From Smithella sp. (GTDB taxonomy: Bacteria; Desulfobacterota; Syntrophia; Syntrophales; Smithellaceae), in assembly GCA_035350895.1 (NCBI GenBank), contig DAOPVC010000002.1, positions 10,639 to 74,638 of the forward strand: a stretch of 64,000 nt of DNA. The letters run 5' to 3'. The position numbers and the translations under genes are program-made. Below the pieces are notes generated by a model. It was not told the DNA's origin and searched no databases. It was given only the letters and a program-made list of their open reading frames with translations. Shown here in pieces: positions 1 to 9,454 of this stretch. Each line of letters begins with the position of its first letter. Within the stretch, counting starts at the first letter, position 1.

Positions 1-102
1 AGTTCAGGCCAGCTCAAAGCGGGCCAGGAAATTATAACGGACAATTTGAACGGTAAAAAAGGAAGCAGCAGCGCCCAACACCCGCCCCCGAGGTTTATGT
101 AA
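1..102 (+). CDS. 3' end of an ORF running off the window (possibly the periplasmic adaptor of the adjacent MacB-type exporter)
   Basis: Frame 1 is open from base 1 to TAA at 100-102. The stop overlaps the next ATG (TAATG). Only 33 codons are visible, so the product is inferred from context only. Confidence 0.3.
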   Translation, partial: SSGQLKAGQEIITDNLNGKKGSSSAQHPPPRFM

Positions 103-794
103 TGACGCTCATTGAAACAAGAAAACTTGTGAAGACATACGACGTCGGCGATGAAGGTGTTCACGCTCTGGACGATGTGTCCGTCAAAATTGAACAGGGT
201 GAATTCGTCGCGATCATGGGACCTTCCGGTTCAGGGAAATCCACCTTCATGAATATCATCGGCTGTCTCGATCAACCGACGGCAGGCGAGTATATGCTGG
301 CCGGTCAAAAAATCAGCGGCTTGTCGCGGGATGACCTGGCGGCGATCCGCAATCGCCAGATCGGTTTTGTTTTTCAGGGATTCAATCTGTTATCACGGAC
401 ATCGGCTCTGGAAAATGTCGAACTGCCGCTACTTTATAATCACGTTCCGGCAAAGGAAAGAAAGCTGAAATCCACGGCGGCGTTAAAAATGCTGGGGCTG
501 GAGGGAAGGGAACAACACCATCCCAATCAACTTTCCGGCGGTCAACAGCAGAGAGTGGCCATTGCCCGCGCGCTGGTGAACAAAGCGCCGATCCTGATGG
601 CCGATGAACCGACGGGCAATCTGGATACAAAAACCAGCGTCGAAATTATGGAGCTTCTGGTTCAATTGAACCGGGATTCCGGAACAACCATTATTCTGGT
701 CACGCATGAGTCGGACATCGCCGCGTTCAGCAAACGCATTATCCGGTTTGTGGACGGACATGTGGTCAGCGATGAAGAGGTAAAAAAATCATGA
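102..794 (+). CDS. ABC transporter ATP-binding protein, MacB/LolD-like
   Basis: Walker A GPSGSGKST, ABC signature LSGGQQQR, Walker B ILMADEPT, H-loop VTHE. Confidence 0.93.
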   Translation: MTLIETRKLVKTYDVGDEGVHALDDVSVKIEQGEFVAIMGPSGSGKSTFMNIIGCLDQPTAGEYMLAGQKISGLSRDDLAAIRNRQIGFVFQGFNLLSRTSALENVELPLLYNHVPAKERKLKSTAALKMLGLEGREQHHPNQLSGGQQQRVAIARALVNKAPILMADEPTGNLDTKTSVEIMELLVQLNRDSGTTIILVTHESDIAAFSKRIIRFVDGHVVSDEEVKKS

Positions 795-2020
795 TCAGCA
801 TTGTGTCCACGCTCCGCATCGCTTTGCGGGCTTTATGGATCAACAAGATGCGTTCAGCACTGACCATGCTGGGCATCATTATCGGCGTCAGCGCCGTGAT
901 TATCATGCTGGCGGTGGGCACGGGCGTCAGCCGGAAAGTGTCATCGCAAATCTCCAGCATCGGCAGCAACTTGATCATCATCATGCCGGGCAGCTCCTCA
1001 CAGGGAGGTGTCCGGATGGGCGGGGGCAGCCAGTCCACATTAACCACCGCCGACGCGGATGCCATCCTGAAAGAATGTTTGGCCGTTTCCGCCGTGGCCC
1101 CCATGCAGCACGGTTCTGCGCAGGTGGTCTACGGAAATCAGAACTGGTCAACCAGCATTCAGGGAACCACGCCCGGTATTCTGGAGGTGAAGGATTGCGG
1201 CCTGACGGCGGGACGGAACATGAATGCGCAGGATGTCCGCAGCGCTACGAAGGTCTGTCTTCTGGGACAGACGGTTGTTGACAATCTTTTCGGCAGCATA
1301 GATCCCATCGGTCAAATCATCAGAATCAAGAAAATTCCATTTACGGTTATCGGCGTTCTGGAACCCAAGGGGCAATCCCTGGGCGGCCAGGATCAGGACG
1401 ACACCATCATCATTCCATTGAGCACGGCTCAGAAAAAAGTTTTCGGCAGGACCATCCCCGGAATGGTGCGGTCGATTATGGTCAAGGCGAGAAGCAGCGA
1501 GGATCTGACGATTGCGGAAAGACAGATTACGGATCTGCTGCGTCAGCGGCACCGCATCGGTCCGAACAAGGAAGATGATTTCACCGTCATGAACTTGACG
1601 CAGGTTCTGAATATGGCGGAACAGACCGCCAACACGTTTGCCCTGCTTCTGGGAGCGATCGCTTCCGTGTCGCTGCTGGTCGGCGGCATCGGCATCATGA
1701 ACATTATGCTGGTTTCCGTGACGGAACGCACACGGGAAATCGGCATTCGCATGGCCGTCGGCGCAAAAACCTGGGACATTCGCATTCAGTTTATTATTGA
1801 AGCTCTGACCCTTTCCATGATCGGAGGCATTGCCGGCATTATCATCGGAAGCAGCGGCTCCTTCATCCTGTCCACTGTTTTTGAGATTCCTTCCGTCGTA
1901 TCGCTTCTATCGGTGCTCCTTTCATTCAGCTTTTCCGGTTTGGTGGGAATTTTTTTCGGCTTTTATCCGGCCTACAAGGCATCGCTGTTGAATCCCATCG
2001 ACGCCTTGCGCTTTGAATAG
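791..2020 (+). CDS. ABC transporter permease, MacB/FtsX-type
   Basis: ATGA overlap with the ATPase gene. N-terminal TM, roughly 230-aa periplasmic domain, then a C-terminal 3-TM FtsX-like block (LLGAIASVSLLVGGIGIMNIMLVSVTERTREIGIR). Confidence 0.9.
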   Translation: MISIVSTLRIALRALWINKMRSALTMLGIIIGVSAVIIMLAVGTGVSRKVSSQISSIGSNLIIIMPGSSSQGGVRMGGGSQSTLTTADADAILKECLAVSAVAPMQHGSAQVVYGNQNWSTSIQGTTPGILEVKDCGLTAGRNMNAQDVRSATKVCLLGQTVVDNLFGSIDPIGQIIRIKKIPFTVIGVLEPKGQSLGGQDQDDTIIIPLSTAQKKVFGRTIPGMVRSIMVKARSSEDLTIAERQITDLLRQRHRIGPNKEDDFTVMNLTQVLNMAEQTANTFALLLGAIASVSLLVGGIGIMNIMLVSVTERTREIGIRMAVGAKTWDIRIQFIIEALTLSMIGGIAGIIIGSSGSFILSTVFEIPSVVSLLSVLLSFSFSGLVGIFFGFYPAYKASLLNPIDALRFE

Positions 2021-2106
2021 TCATCGGGGGAAATATTGCATTGACACATGCCGTAATTCTTTATATGATCACGCGCTGAAAAAATATTCAGGCAACGCGT
2101 GGTTCT

Positions 2107-2907
2107 ATGAAACAGCAACAAATCATCAATGCATCCATCACGACCATCTGGCAGAAATGGTCCGTTACGGTCAAGGTGATGCCCGTCATCATCCTGGTCG
2201 CCATCCTGAAATTTCTTTCTCATCAGTTCGGCTGGGAAATTATGGAGCTCAACGCTCTTTTTACCAGTCTGGTCGCCGGAACCATTTTTCTGATCGGATT
2301 TCTTATCACCGGCGTGCTTTCCGATTACAAAGAAAGCGAAAAAATTCCCAGCGAACTTGCCTCGTCGTTCAAAGCCTTATCGGACGACACCTGCACTATC
2401 TATCACGGCAGGAACTCGGCCGCGGCACGTCCGTTTATGGATTTTCAGAAGGCGTTCATTCATTCATTGCTGGACTGGTTCTACCGAAAGGAAAGAACAA
2501 AATCATTGCTGGATAAAATCAGCATGATGAATCAGTTCCTGATCGAGCTGGATAAGGAAGGCGTTCCGGCTCCTTATATTGTCAAGATGAAGAACGACCA
2601 GAACAACATCAGAAAAATGATCATGCGCATTGATACGGTCAGGGATACCAGTTTCATCAGTTCAGCCTATGCCATTGTGGAAGCGATGGGTTTTCTGGTC
2701 GCGATCGGGTTGATCGTTATGAAAATCGAGCCGTTCTATGCGTCATTATTTTTTACCTTGCTGGTGACCTTTCTGATTGCCTACATGGTTCTTTTAATCA
2801 AAGACCTGGATAATCCTTTTGACTACAGCGAGAAGGGAGAAAGCGGAACGGAGATTTCCTTAAAACCTCTTCGTGACCATATTTCTTCCATACAGGATTT
2901 AAATTAA
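2107..2907 (+). CDS. hypothetical membrane protein (2+2 TM, bestrophin/DUF4239-like topology)
   Basis: 266-aa ORF with two N-terminal and two C-terminal hydrophobic helices flanking a soluble core. No motif I can name with certainty. Confidence 0.6.
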   Translation: MKQQQIINASITTIWQKWSVTVKVMPVIILVAILKFLSHQFGWEIMELNALFTSLVAGTIFLIGFLITGVLSDYKESEKIPSELASSFKALSDDTCTIYHGRNSAAARPFMDFQKAFIHSLLDWFYRKERTKSLLDKISMMNQFLIELDKEGVPAPYIVKMKNDQNNIRKMIMRIDTVRDTSFISSAYAIVEAMGFLVAIGLIVMKIEPFYASLFFTLLVTFLIAYMVLLIKDLDNPFDYSEKGESGTEISLKPLRDHISSIQDLN

Positions 2908-3003
2908 ATTTTCTCAGTGTAACATCACGCAACACTCTTTTTCTCTATTCCATGTACGTTCAAGAGATCACGATTCAAATCGTAAAAAGAATATCGATTT
3001 GAG

Positions 3004-3054
3004 ATGTATAATATTTATGCAGTTGATTTGTTGAGTTGTATAAATATTATACAT
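3004..3054. promoter_or_regulatory. perfect 15-bp inverted repeat (ATGTATAATATTTAT / ATAAATATTATACAT, 21-nt spacer), candidate enhancer (UAS) for the sigma54 promoter downstream
   Basis: Arms at 3004-3018 and 3040-3054 are exact reverse complements. The centre lies about 110 nt upstream of the -24 element. Confidence 0.5.
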
Positions 3055-3098
3055 AATCTTCTGGTGAACTCTTCATTATTTTTCACAAAACAAAAATT

Positions 3099-3111
3099 AA
3101 TCAAATGATTA
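3099..3111 (+). promoter_or_regulatory. IHF-like site AATCAAATGATTA
   Basis: Matches WATCAANNNNTTR and lies between the inverted repeat and the -24/-12 promoter. Confidence 0.4.
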
Positions 3112-3138
3112 CAGCTAATTATATAATCGTTCGGTAAA

Positions 3139-3154
3139 TGGCACGAGCATTGCT
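3139..3154 (+). promoter_or_regulatory. sigma54 (-24/-12) promoter TGGCACGAGCATTGCT
   Basis: Fits TGGCACG-N4-TTGCW exactly. Located 45 nt upstream of the ATG at 3199. Confidence 0.75.
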
Positions 3155-3198
3155 ATTTATCAGAATAAATAAAAAAATAACTCATAAGGAGAAAAGTT

Positions 3199-3702
3199 AT
3201 GAAAAAATTAGCATTAGCGTTAACGGTGATCGGGCTGAGCATTTTTTTGACCATGCCGGCGTCTGCCTTCGGTCCTCGTGAAGGCCGAATGATCGGAAAT
3301 GGGTATCAGACGGGAGACCATTGTGACGGGTATTACGGATTGGCTGGTCTGAATAAATTAAACCTTTCCGATGAGCAAAAAGCCAGAATTGAATCGCTTC
3401 GTGAGGCTCATATCAAAGATATCCGTCCGTTAAGAGAAAAAATGTTCGACAAATCGGTGGAGTTACGCAGGTTCTGGCTGGAGGCAAATCCCGACAGAAA
3501 CAAAATCACAGCCAAACAAAAAGAAGTAAGGGCTTTGCGTAACCAGATGGAAGACAAGAAGACAGCTTATCGGTTTGAAATCAACAAGGTGCTGACGAAA
3601 GATCAGAAGGAAAAACTGGCAACCTACGGCTGGAACAAGAAAACAGGATTCGGCCCGCGCGGCGGGAAAAGAGGGCCTTATGGTCCGGGTGGTTGTTTCT
3701 AA
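3199..3702 (+). CDS. periplasmic Spy/CpxP/ZraP-family chaperone-like protein
   Basis: Signal peptide (ALTVIGLSIFLTMPASA). Helical LTxEQ-type repeats (LSDEQKARIESLREAH, LTKDQKEKL). AAGGAG RBS at 3187. Confidence 0.8.
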   Translation: MKKLALALTVIGLSIFLTMPASAFGPREGRMIGNGYQTGDHCDGYYGLAGLNKLNLSDEQKARIESLREAHIKDIRPLREKMFDKSVELRRFWLEANPDRNKITAKQKEVRALRNQMEDKKTAYRFEINKVLTKDQKEKLATYGWNKKTGFGPRGGKRGPYGPGGCF

Positions 3703-3796
3703 GTGCCTTTATAAAGATGAGAATGGTTTGTGTCGTTCAAGAAACATGGATTGAGTCAATTTTATTAATAAAATGAACGGAGGAGTAAAAAATAAA

Positions 3797-4402
3797 ATGA
3801 AAAAATTAATGGTTAAAACCTTTTTAGTGATCCTGGTGGCATGTATGCCGGTTTCGGCCATAGCCGATGTGAGGGTGCACGTGAATATTCCCTTGCCGCC
3901 GCCGATTTTCTTCCCGGCGCCGCCTCAACTGGTGGTGATACCGGAGACTGATGTGTATGTCGTTCCCGATGCCCGTGAAGACATATTTTTCTACGGGGGC
4001 TGGTGGTGGCGTCCGTGGAACAACCGCTGGTATCGTTCACAGCACTATGACAGAGGATGGGCTTATCATCCCAATCCCCCTTATTTCCACAGAAGCATTC
4101 CTTCGGATTGGAGGTATAGTTACAGAAATCATAGCTGGAAAGGGTATCGGTGGGAACCTCAGCGGACTCATCATCAGGACATTCAACGAAACTGGAATGT
4201 GTGGCAGAAAGACAGATACTGGGAAAAACAAAGGTATGGTGTGCGGGAAATGAAACATAAACGTTTCGCCCCGCAATACAGAAGCGAGACGCGGAAAACA
4301 GTGACGAAATCTGTTGTCCGGCACAGAGGGGAAGGTCCCGGTGATTCCAGATATTCCGGAAGAAACGACAGAAGGCCGTCGGGAGGCAGAGACAGACGTT
4401 AA
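3797..4402 (+). CDS. secreted Trp/Arg/Tyr-rich hypothetical protein
   Basis: GGAGGAG RBS at 3779-3785. Signal peptide MKKLMVKTFLVILVACMPVSAIA. Mature part is rich in W/R/Y (GGWWWRPWNNRWYR, WKGYRW). The track ORF starts at 3773; I prefer the ATG at 3797. Confidence 0.65.
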   Translation: MKKLMVKTFLVILVACMPVSAIADVRVHVNIPLPPPIFFPAPPQLVVIPETDVYVVPDAREDIFFYGGWWWRPWNNRWYRSQHYDRGWAYHPNPPYFHRSIPSDWRYSYRNHSWKGYRWEPQRTHHQDIQRNWNVWQKDRYWEKQRYGVREMKHKRFAPQYRSETRKTVTKSVVRHRGEGPGDSRYSGRNDRRPSGGRDRR

Positions 4403-4426
4403 AATCATAAGAGCATGATAGTTGTT

Positions 4427-4469
4427 CCCCCTGGCAAGGACCATTGCCGGGGGGATTATTTATTTTGTT
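4427..4469 (+). terminator. intrinsic terminator
   Basis: Stem CCCCCTGGCAA / TTGCCGGGGGG with one bulge, followed by ATTATTTATTTTGTT. Confidence 0.6.
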
Positions 4470-4643
4470 AAATTTGGCGATCATCCACGGAGGTCCCGGG
4501 AAAAGCCATGCATAGAAATTTCTGATTTAAACTTTTTATTTTGACACTTGACAAACCTTCCTGCGGCATATAGCTTGCGAGCGATACAAAGGCTTGGGAA
4601 ATGAAATCGGGTTCCTGAAGCGTTGAAAGGAGGTTTACCGTTG

Positions 4644-5135
4644 ATGAGAAAAGTATTTGCTGTTTTCGTTTCTATGCTTTTTGTTGTTTCGTTATCTTTT
4701 GCCGTTGCAGGCTGCAGTAAAATGGAAGAAGACTCTGCGAATTTACGAAAAGCTGCGGCTGAGTTGAAAGCACAAGCGGATGCGAAAAAGGCTGAGGCCG
4801 AATTGAAAGCCAAGACTGATGCGCAGCAGGTTGAGGCGGATTTAAAAGCCAAAGCCGAGGCGATGAAAGCCGAAGCGGAATTAAAAGCCAAAGAGATGGC
4901 AAAAAAGGCTGCCGTGAAAGTAAAGCAGGTTAAAAAAGACGTCGAAAAAGTTGCAAAAGAAGTTGCGACGGATGTCAAAAGCGCCGGCAAAGAAGTGAAG
5001 GAAGTTGCAAAAGAGACGGTCGTTGAAGTCAAGAGCGCCGGTACGGAAGTGAAAGAGACCGTAAAAGAGAAAGCCGTTGAAGTCAAAGACGCCGTAAAAG
5101 ACGCGACAACAGACGTCAAAAATGCCGGCCAGTAA
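4644..5135 (+). CDS. lipoprotein with Lys/Ala/Glu-rich amphipathic repeats (LEA/YtxH-like)
   Basis: AAGGAGG RBS at 4627-4633. Lipobox FAVAGC. Repeats AELKAKxDA... and (D/E)VKSAG...VKE. Confidence 0.7.
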   Translation: MRKVFAVFVSMLFVVSLSFAVAGCSKMEEDSANLRKAAAELKAQADAKKAEAELKAKTDAQQVEADLKAKAEAMKAEAELKAKEMAKKAAVKVKQVKKDVEKVAKEVATDVKSAGKEVKEVAKETVVEVKSAGTEVKETVKEKAVEVKDAVKDATTDVKNAGQ

Positions 5136-5165
5136 CCGGTGCAGGCGGAAGGATCAAACAGATGA

Positions 5166-5200
5166 ATCGGGCATTTTCTTAAAAAATGCCCGATTTTTTT
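5166..5200 (+). terminator. intrinsic terminator between convergent genes
   Basis: 12-bp perfect stem ATCGGGCATTTT / AAAATGCCCGAT with a 5-nt loop, then a T7 run. Confidence 0.8.
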
Positions 5201-5212
5201 GCGTCCGCAGGT

Positions 5213-6955
5213 TCAGGAGAGGCCCTTTTTACCGAATTTCAGTTCAAACCTTTTGCCGCTGACGATTTCCGGAGCCACCTCCGGTACAGGATGCTGCGGG
5301 ATAATAATCTGCGCACGACAGGTTCCCAGAATGTCTTTTTTAATATCCATGCCGGGCATGATTTGAATTAATGCCAGGCCTTTTTCCGTCAACTGAAGCA
5401 CACCGACGGATGTGACATAAAAAACCTTCTTGCCCGATTGAAGCGCTTTTCGGGCATTGAAGGTGATTTGATCCACCTGATCGACGAATTTTGGCGTTCC
5501 CGTTTTTTTAATACGGACCTGTCCATTCTTGAATTCATACCGGGCATTATCCATCCAGTTTCCTACAAAAATAATCGTCTGAGCATATTCGACAATATCC
5601 GTAAAACCGCCCGGTCCGACAAAGTCGATGATCTTCGGACCGCGATGCGAGACATTGACATTGCCCGCCGAATCGACCTGCAGAAAACCGAGCACGCTGG
5701 TCTGGAGCTTTTCTTCATAAAGATGAAACATTTCGGCAGTGGTCAGAATGCGTTGAGGACTGATGGCCGCGCCGAAGTAAACACCGGAAGCCGGAAGACC
5801 CCCGTAAGCGCCGCCTTCAGATGTAAAAATAATATCCTTATACAGCCCGGATTCGTAAAGCATGCGGGCAACTTCCTCACCAATGCCGATGCCGATGTTG
5901 ACGATTGCCCCGGGTCTAGTGGTCTTAACGAACATATCGGCGCACAGGCGGGCGAGAATATCAACCACCTTACCGCGATAAGGCGTAATTTCAATAAAGG
6001 TATTGATCAATCTCATGAGGTTGACCGCTTCATGGTCAACCTCGGACGAGCCGGCTGTAAAATACGGCATGAATTCTGTTTGAAAAATTCCACCGACCTG
6101 TTCGTTGCGCGGATTAACCACGATGGCGTCTATTGTGTCCGCCGGCATGGTAATTTGCGAGCTGTCTTTGGGAATAATTTTGGATACGGAGACAATCACT
6201 TTGCCGCCGTTCAGGCGTGCGGCGGCCGCTGCGTCTTTGTAATCCAGGATCAGAGCCGCGTCCTTAAAATAGATGTTGCCTTCCTGATCGGCATAAGGCG
6301 CCAGAAAAAGCGCCCGGTCGATTGGCGGAATATGATATTGCAGTTTTCCGTCTTTGATCTTGATGAAACTGTCCTGCGCCCCGGGAGATACGGCGGAGCC
6401 TTCTCCCACGGCGGGATCGAGAAAAGTGCCCATCCCGATCATGGTTTCAATGGAGGCAAGACCCCTGGCCTGAGCCTCTATCAGAAACGCCAGCGTTCCC
6501 TGCGACATGGTATGAAGCTCCAGTTGGCCGTCATCTGCAAGCTGCAGGAGCGCCTTGGCCGTTTCGCCATGTCCCACGATGTAACGGGTGATGATGCCCG
6601 GCGCATCAAGCTCCTCGATCATTCCGGGCGTTTTGCCGCGGCCGCCCTGCGGGCAGGCGCCGATCACGGTTAGATTGCGGGGATGTCCGGTGCGTTCGAA
6701 CGCATCGCGCAATGCCCAGTAAAAGATGGAAGCGCGTCCGGTTGCGGCGAACCCGCCAATCGTGAGTGTTGCTCCGTCGGGAATCAGTCCGGCAACATCG
6801 CGGGCGCGGATAAACTTCGGTCCCAAACCGGCGGGAAGATAATCCAGATTTCTTCGGGTCCACGTCAGACGGAAATACAAAAGTTTCGCTATCGTGATCG
6901 ATGTCTTGAACAGATTGACATCGCTGAGCGCCTTAAGCGTTCTTCTTACGTCCAT
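5213..6955 (-). CDS. acyl-CoA:acetate/3-ketoacid CoA-transferase (family I, fused alpha/beta, YdiF-like)
   Basis: 580 aa. N-terminal GATLTIGGFAATGR and a C-terminal SEGGAYGG-type block. N-terminal start uncertain. Confidence 0.8.
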   Translation of the reverse strand: MDVRRTLKALSDVNLFKTSITIAKLLYFRLTWTRRNLDYLPAGLGPKFIRARDVAGLIPDGATLTIGGFAATGRASIFYWALRDAFERTGHPRNLTVIGACPQGGRGKTPGMIEELDAPGIITRYIVGHGETAKALLQLADDGQLELHTMSQGTLAFLIEAQARGLASIETMIGMGTFLDPAVGEGSAVSPGAQDSFIKIKDGKLQYHIPPIDRALFLAPYADQEGNIYFKDAALILDYKDAAAAARLNGGKVIVSVSKIIPKDSSQITMPADTIDAIVVNPRNEQVGGIFQTEFMPYFTAGSSEVDHEAVNLMRLINTFIEITPYRGKVVDILARLCADMFVKTTRPGAIVNIGIGIGEEVARMLYESGLYKDIIFTSEGGAYGGLPASGVYFGAAISPQRILTTAEMFHLYEEKLQTSVLGFLQVDSAGNVNVSHRGPKIIDFVGPGGFTDIVEYAQTIIFVGNWMDNARYEFKNGQVRIKKTGTPKFVDQVDQITFNARKALQSGKKVFYVTSVGVLQLTEKGLALIQIMPGMDIKKDILGTCRAQIIIPQHPVPEVAPEIVSGKRFELKFGKKGLS

Positions 6956-6997
6956 TGCATTCCCGCTTCCTTGAGCACGTCTTCCGTTTGAATAAGG

Positions 6998-7285
6998 TTA
7001 AAGGTCTATCTCGGAACAATTTTTGATATCCATGCCCGGCTCCAGCAGGGGGAAAAGCGTTTCCATGTTTTTCATCAAATTGGCGGAATGCAGTTTCAGC
7101 GCATCCTTGTCGCTGTATTTTTCATAAAAGATAATAGTCTTTTCATCGCCGCGGACGGTGTGCGGAATATATTCCAGACAACCCGGTTCGCCGGCTTTGA
7201 CTTTCGGCACAATCTGTTTCAGAATATCGATGGCTTCCTGCATTTTTCCATCTTTGACTTTTAACGTCGCAATTAATGTAATCAT
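6998..7285 (-). CDS. antibiotic-biosynthesis-monooxygenase (ABM) domain protein
   Basis: 95 aa with ferredoxin-like ABM pattern (ITLIATLKVKDGK...FYEKYSDKDALKLH). Confidence 0.75.
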   Translation of the reverse strand: MITLIATLKVKDGKMQEAIDILKQIVPKVKAGEPGCLEYIPHTVRGDEKTIIFYEKYSDKDALKLHSANLMKNMETLFPLLEPGMDIKNCSEIDL

Positions 7286-7341
7286 TGTCTTCTCCTTCTT
7301 TAGATGTCATTCAAAACGATCCGTAATTTTTTACGCATTTT

Positions 7342-7812
7342 CTATAGATTTTTCAGAAAAGCGATGATTTCCTTCATGTCCGGCAACTCACCGATGGGAT
7401 AGACCTTCACAAAACAGACCTTTCCTGATTCGTCAATGATGACGTTGGCCCGTTGCGAAAAGCCGTTTTTCTCTCTAAAAAGACCGAGACGTCTGGCTAC
7501 GTTTCCGTGCGGCCAGAAATCAGCCAGCAGTCGGGTTTCTTTTATCTTGAGCGTTTTGGCCCAGGCCGCTTTGGAAGGAACGCTGTCCACACTCAGGCCG
7601 ACGGCAACCGTGTTCAGCTTATCGAATATCTTCTTGCTCTTTTCCAGGGACTGCATCTGCCGGGCGCAAACGGCAGTCCATGCCAGCGGATGAAAGGACA
7701 AAAGCACGCGGCGGCCTTTCATGTTGGAAAGCACAAAGTCCTGTCCGAACTGATCCGTCAGGGTAAAATTTTTAATAGACTTGCCCAGTTTAATTATTGT
7801 TTTTTCAGCCAT
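7342..7812 (-). CDS. peroxiredoxin (AhpC/TSA/Bcp-like)
   Basis: Peroxidatic motif FHPLAWTAVC and thioredoxin-fold length of 156 aa. Confidence 0.8.
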   Translation of the reverse strand: MAEKTIIKLGKSIKNFTLTDQFGQDFVLSNMKGRRVLLSFHPLAWTAVCARQMQSLEKSKKIFDKLNTVAVGLSVDSVPSKAAWAKTLKIKETRLLADFWPHGNVARRLGLFREKNGFSQRANVIIDESGKVCFVKVYPIGELPDMKEIIAFLKNL

Positions 7813-7873
7813 ACATTACCTCCCGGATAACATTGCGGATGAAAGCGCATCCTTTTTTTAGACCGTGAAACAT

Positions 7874-9262
7874 CTATCTGATAAACCTGAATAAAAATTG
7901 CAACAGCGATACTCTGTCACGATAAGGCGGATAACGCAAGGGTATATCCACCAGATTTGAACGAAATAAAACGCCGCGCCGGCGGGAGAACGTCTCGAAG
8001 CTTGCCTTGCCGTGATAGGCGCCCATGCCGCTTTCCCCGACTCCGCCGAACGGAAGTTCCTGGCTGCCGATATGAGAAATTGTGTCGTTGATGCAGCCGC
8101 CGCCAAAAGACGTTTCCCGCAGCACTTTGTCCTGAATCGTCCTGCTTTCCGAAAAACAATAAAGCGCCAGCGGCTTCGGCTTGCGATTGACGAAGGCGAT
8201 GGCTTCGTCAATATCGTCATATTCGATCACAGGGAGAAGCGGCCCGAAAATTTCCTCCTGCATCAGGGGCTCTTCCGGAGAAACCTGATCAATCATGGTA
8301 GGGGATATGTATAAATCCTTGCTGAGATATTTGCCGCCGTAAAGCATCCGTCCGTTTTTCATCAGAGCGACGAGACGGTTGAAATGCCGCTCGTTGACGA
8401 TTCTGGCATAGTCCGGGCTCTTCATCGGATCTTCGCCGTAAAATGAATAAATCGTCCTGATCATTTTTTCGATAAAGACATCTTTTCGTTTGCTGTGGAT
8501 CAGAACGTAATCCGGAGCGATGCACGTCTGTCCGGCATTGAAAAATTTCCCCCAGGCAATTCTTTTCATTCCGTACTTAAGGCTGGCATCCTCATGAACG
8601 ATACAGGGGCTCTTGCCTCCCAACTCGAGCGTCACCGGCGTAAGATGGCGGGCTGCCGCATTCATAATGCTCCGTCCGACGGTTGTACTGCCGGTAAAAA
8701 AGATATAATTAAACTTTTCTTCCAGAAGTTTTTGCGTAGCTTGGGCTTCTCCCTGAAAAACAGTGACGTAATCGGCTTCGAATAACTCCTCTGCCATGTT
8801 GGCAATGGTTTGAGACGTGGACGGAGAAAACTCGGAAGGTTTGATGAGCGCGCAATTGCCCGCGGCGATGGCGCCGATGAGGGGAGTAATGGCCAACAGG
8901 AAAGGATAATTCCAGGGGCTGATAATCAGAACGACTCCGTAAGGTTCCTGATCAATGCGGCTTCGCGACAGGAAATGAATAAGCGGTGTCGCCGCGCGCC
9001 GGGGACGTGACCATGACGCAAGATGCCGGATCATGTGATCGATTTCCGTGTAAAGAATCCCGATTTCACTCGCGTAGGATTCAAAGGGCGGTTTGCGCAA
9101 ATCGTCGTAAAGAGACGCCATAATGGCCGGTTCGTATTTGCGGATGCCTTCCTTGAGCTTCTTCAATTGGGCAATGCGAAAATCAATGTTTCGTGTTTTT
9201 CCCGAGTCGAAGAAAGTCCGAAGGTGAGCCATGGTTTGCGATACGGATTCGTGCGACATCAA
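7874..9262 (-). CDS. NAD(P)-dependent aldehyde dehydrogenase (ALDH3-like)
   Basis: Catalytic Glu motif LELGGKSP, catalytic Cys motif FNAGQTCIAPDY, and GSTTVG. Confidence 0.9.
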   Translation of the reverse strand: MMSHESVSQTMAHLRTFFDSGKTRNIDFRIAQLKKLKEGIRKYEPAIMASLYDDLRKPPFESYASEIGILYTEIDHMIRHLASWSRPRRAATPLIHFLSRSRIDQEPYGVVLIISPWNYPFLLAITPLIGAIAAGNCALIKPSEFSPSTSQTIANMAEELFEADYVTVFQGEAQATQKLLEEKFNYIFFTGSTTVGRSIMNAAARHLTPVTLELGGKSPCIVHEDASLKYGMKRIAWGKFFNAGQTCIAPDYVLIHSKRKDVFIEKMIRTIYSFYGEDPMKSPDYARIVNERHFNRLVALMKNGRMLYGGKYLSKDLYISPTMIDQVSPEEPLMQEEIFGPLLPVIEYDDIDEAIAFVNRKPKPLALYCFSESRTIQDKVLRETSFGGGCINDTISHIGSQELPFGGVGESGMGAYHGKASFETFSRRRGVLFRSNLVDIPLRYPPYRDRVSLLQFLFRFIR

Positions 9263-9454
9263 TATCCTCCATACACCCTATGGTCCTATGATAATCAAAG
9301 TATAAGGAGAAGATCACAAGGTGTCAAAGGAATATTTACAGACGGACGTCTAATGATATACGATACAACGACAGGATCAATAAATGTTTGAATTTCGTAA
9401 AAAATGAGCGTAAACAATAAGACATCGCATCTGAAAATTATCTTTTGAAAAATA

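Noticed and set aside
4481-5119. 212-aa ORF on the - strand, rich in Ser/Thr/Ala/Phe
   Set aside because: It is the mirror image of the Lys/Ala/Glu-repeat lipoprotein gene, so it is low-complexity antisense. It has no RBS, whereas the + strand gene has an RBS, signal peptide and lipobox.
5438-6673. 411-aa ORF on the + strand
   Set aside because: It lies entirely antisense to the well-supported CoA-transferase gene. The translation has no recognisable motif and an Arg/Gly-rich shadow-ORF composition.
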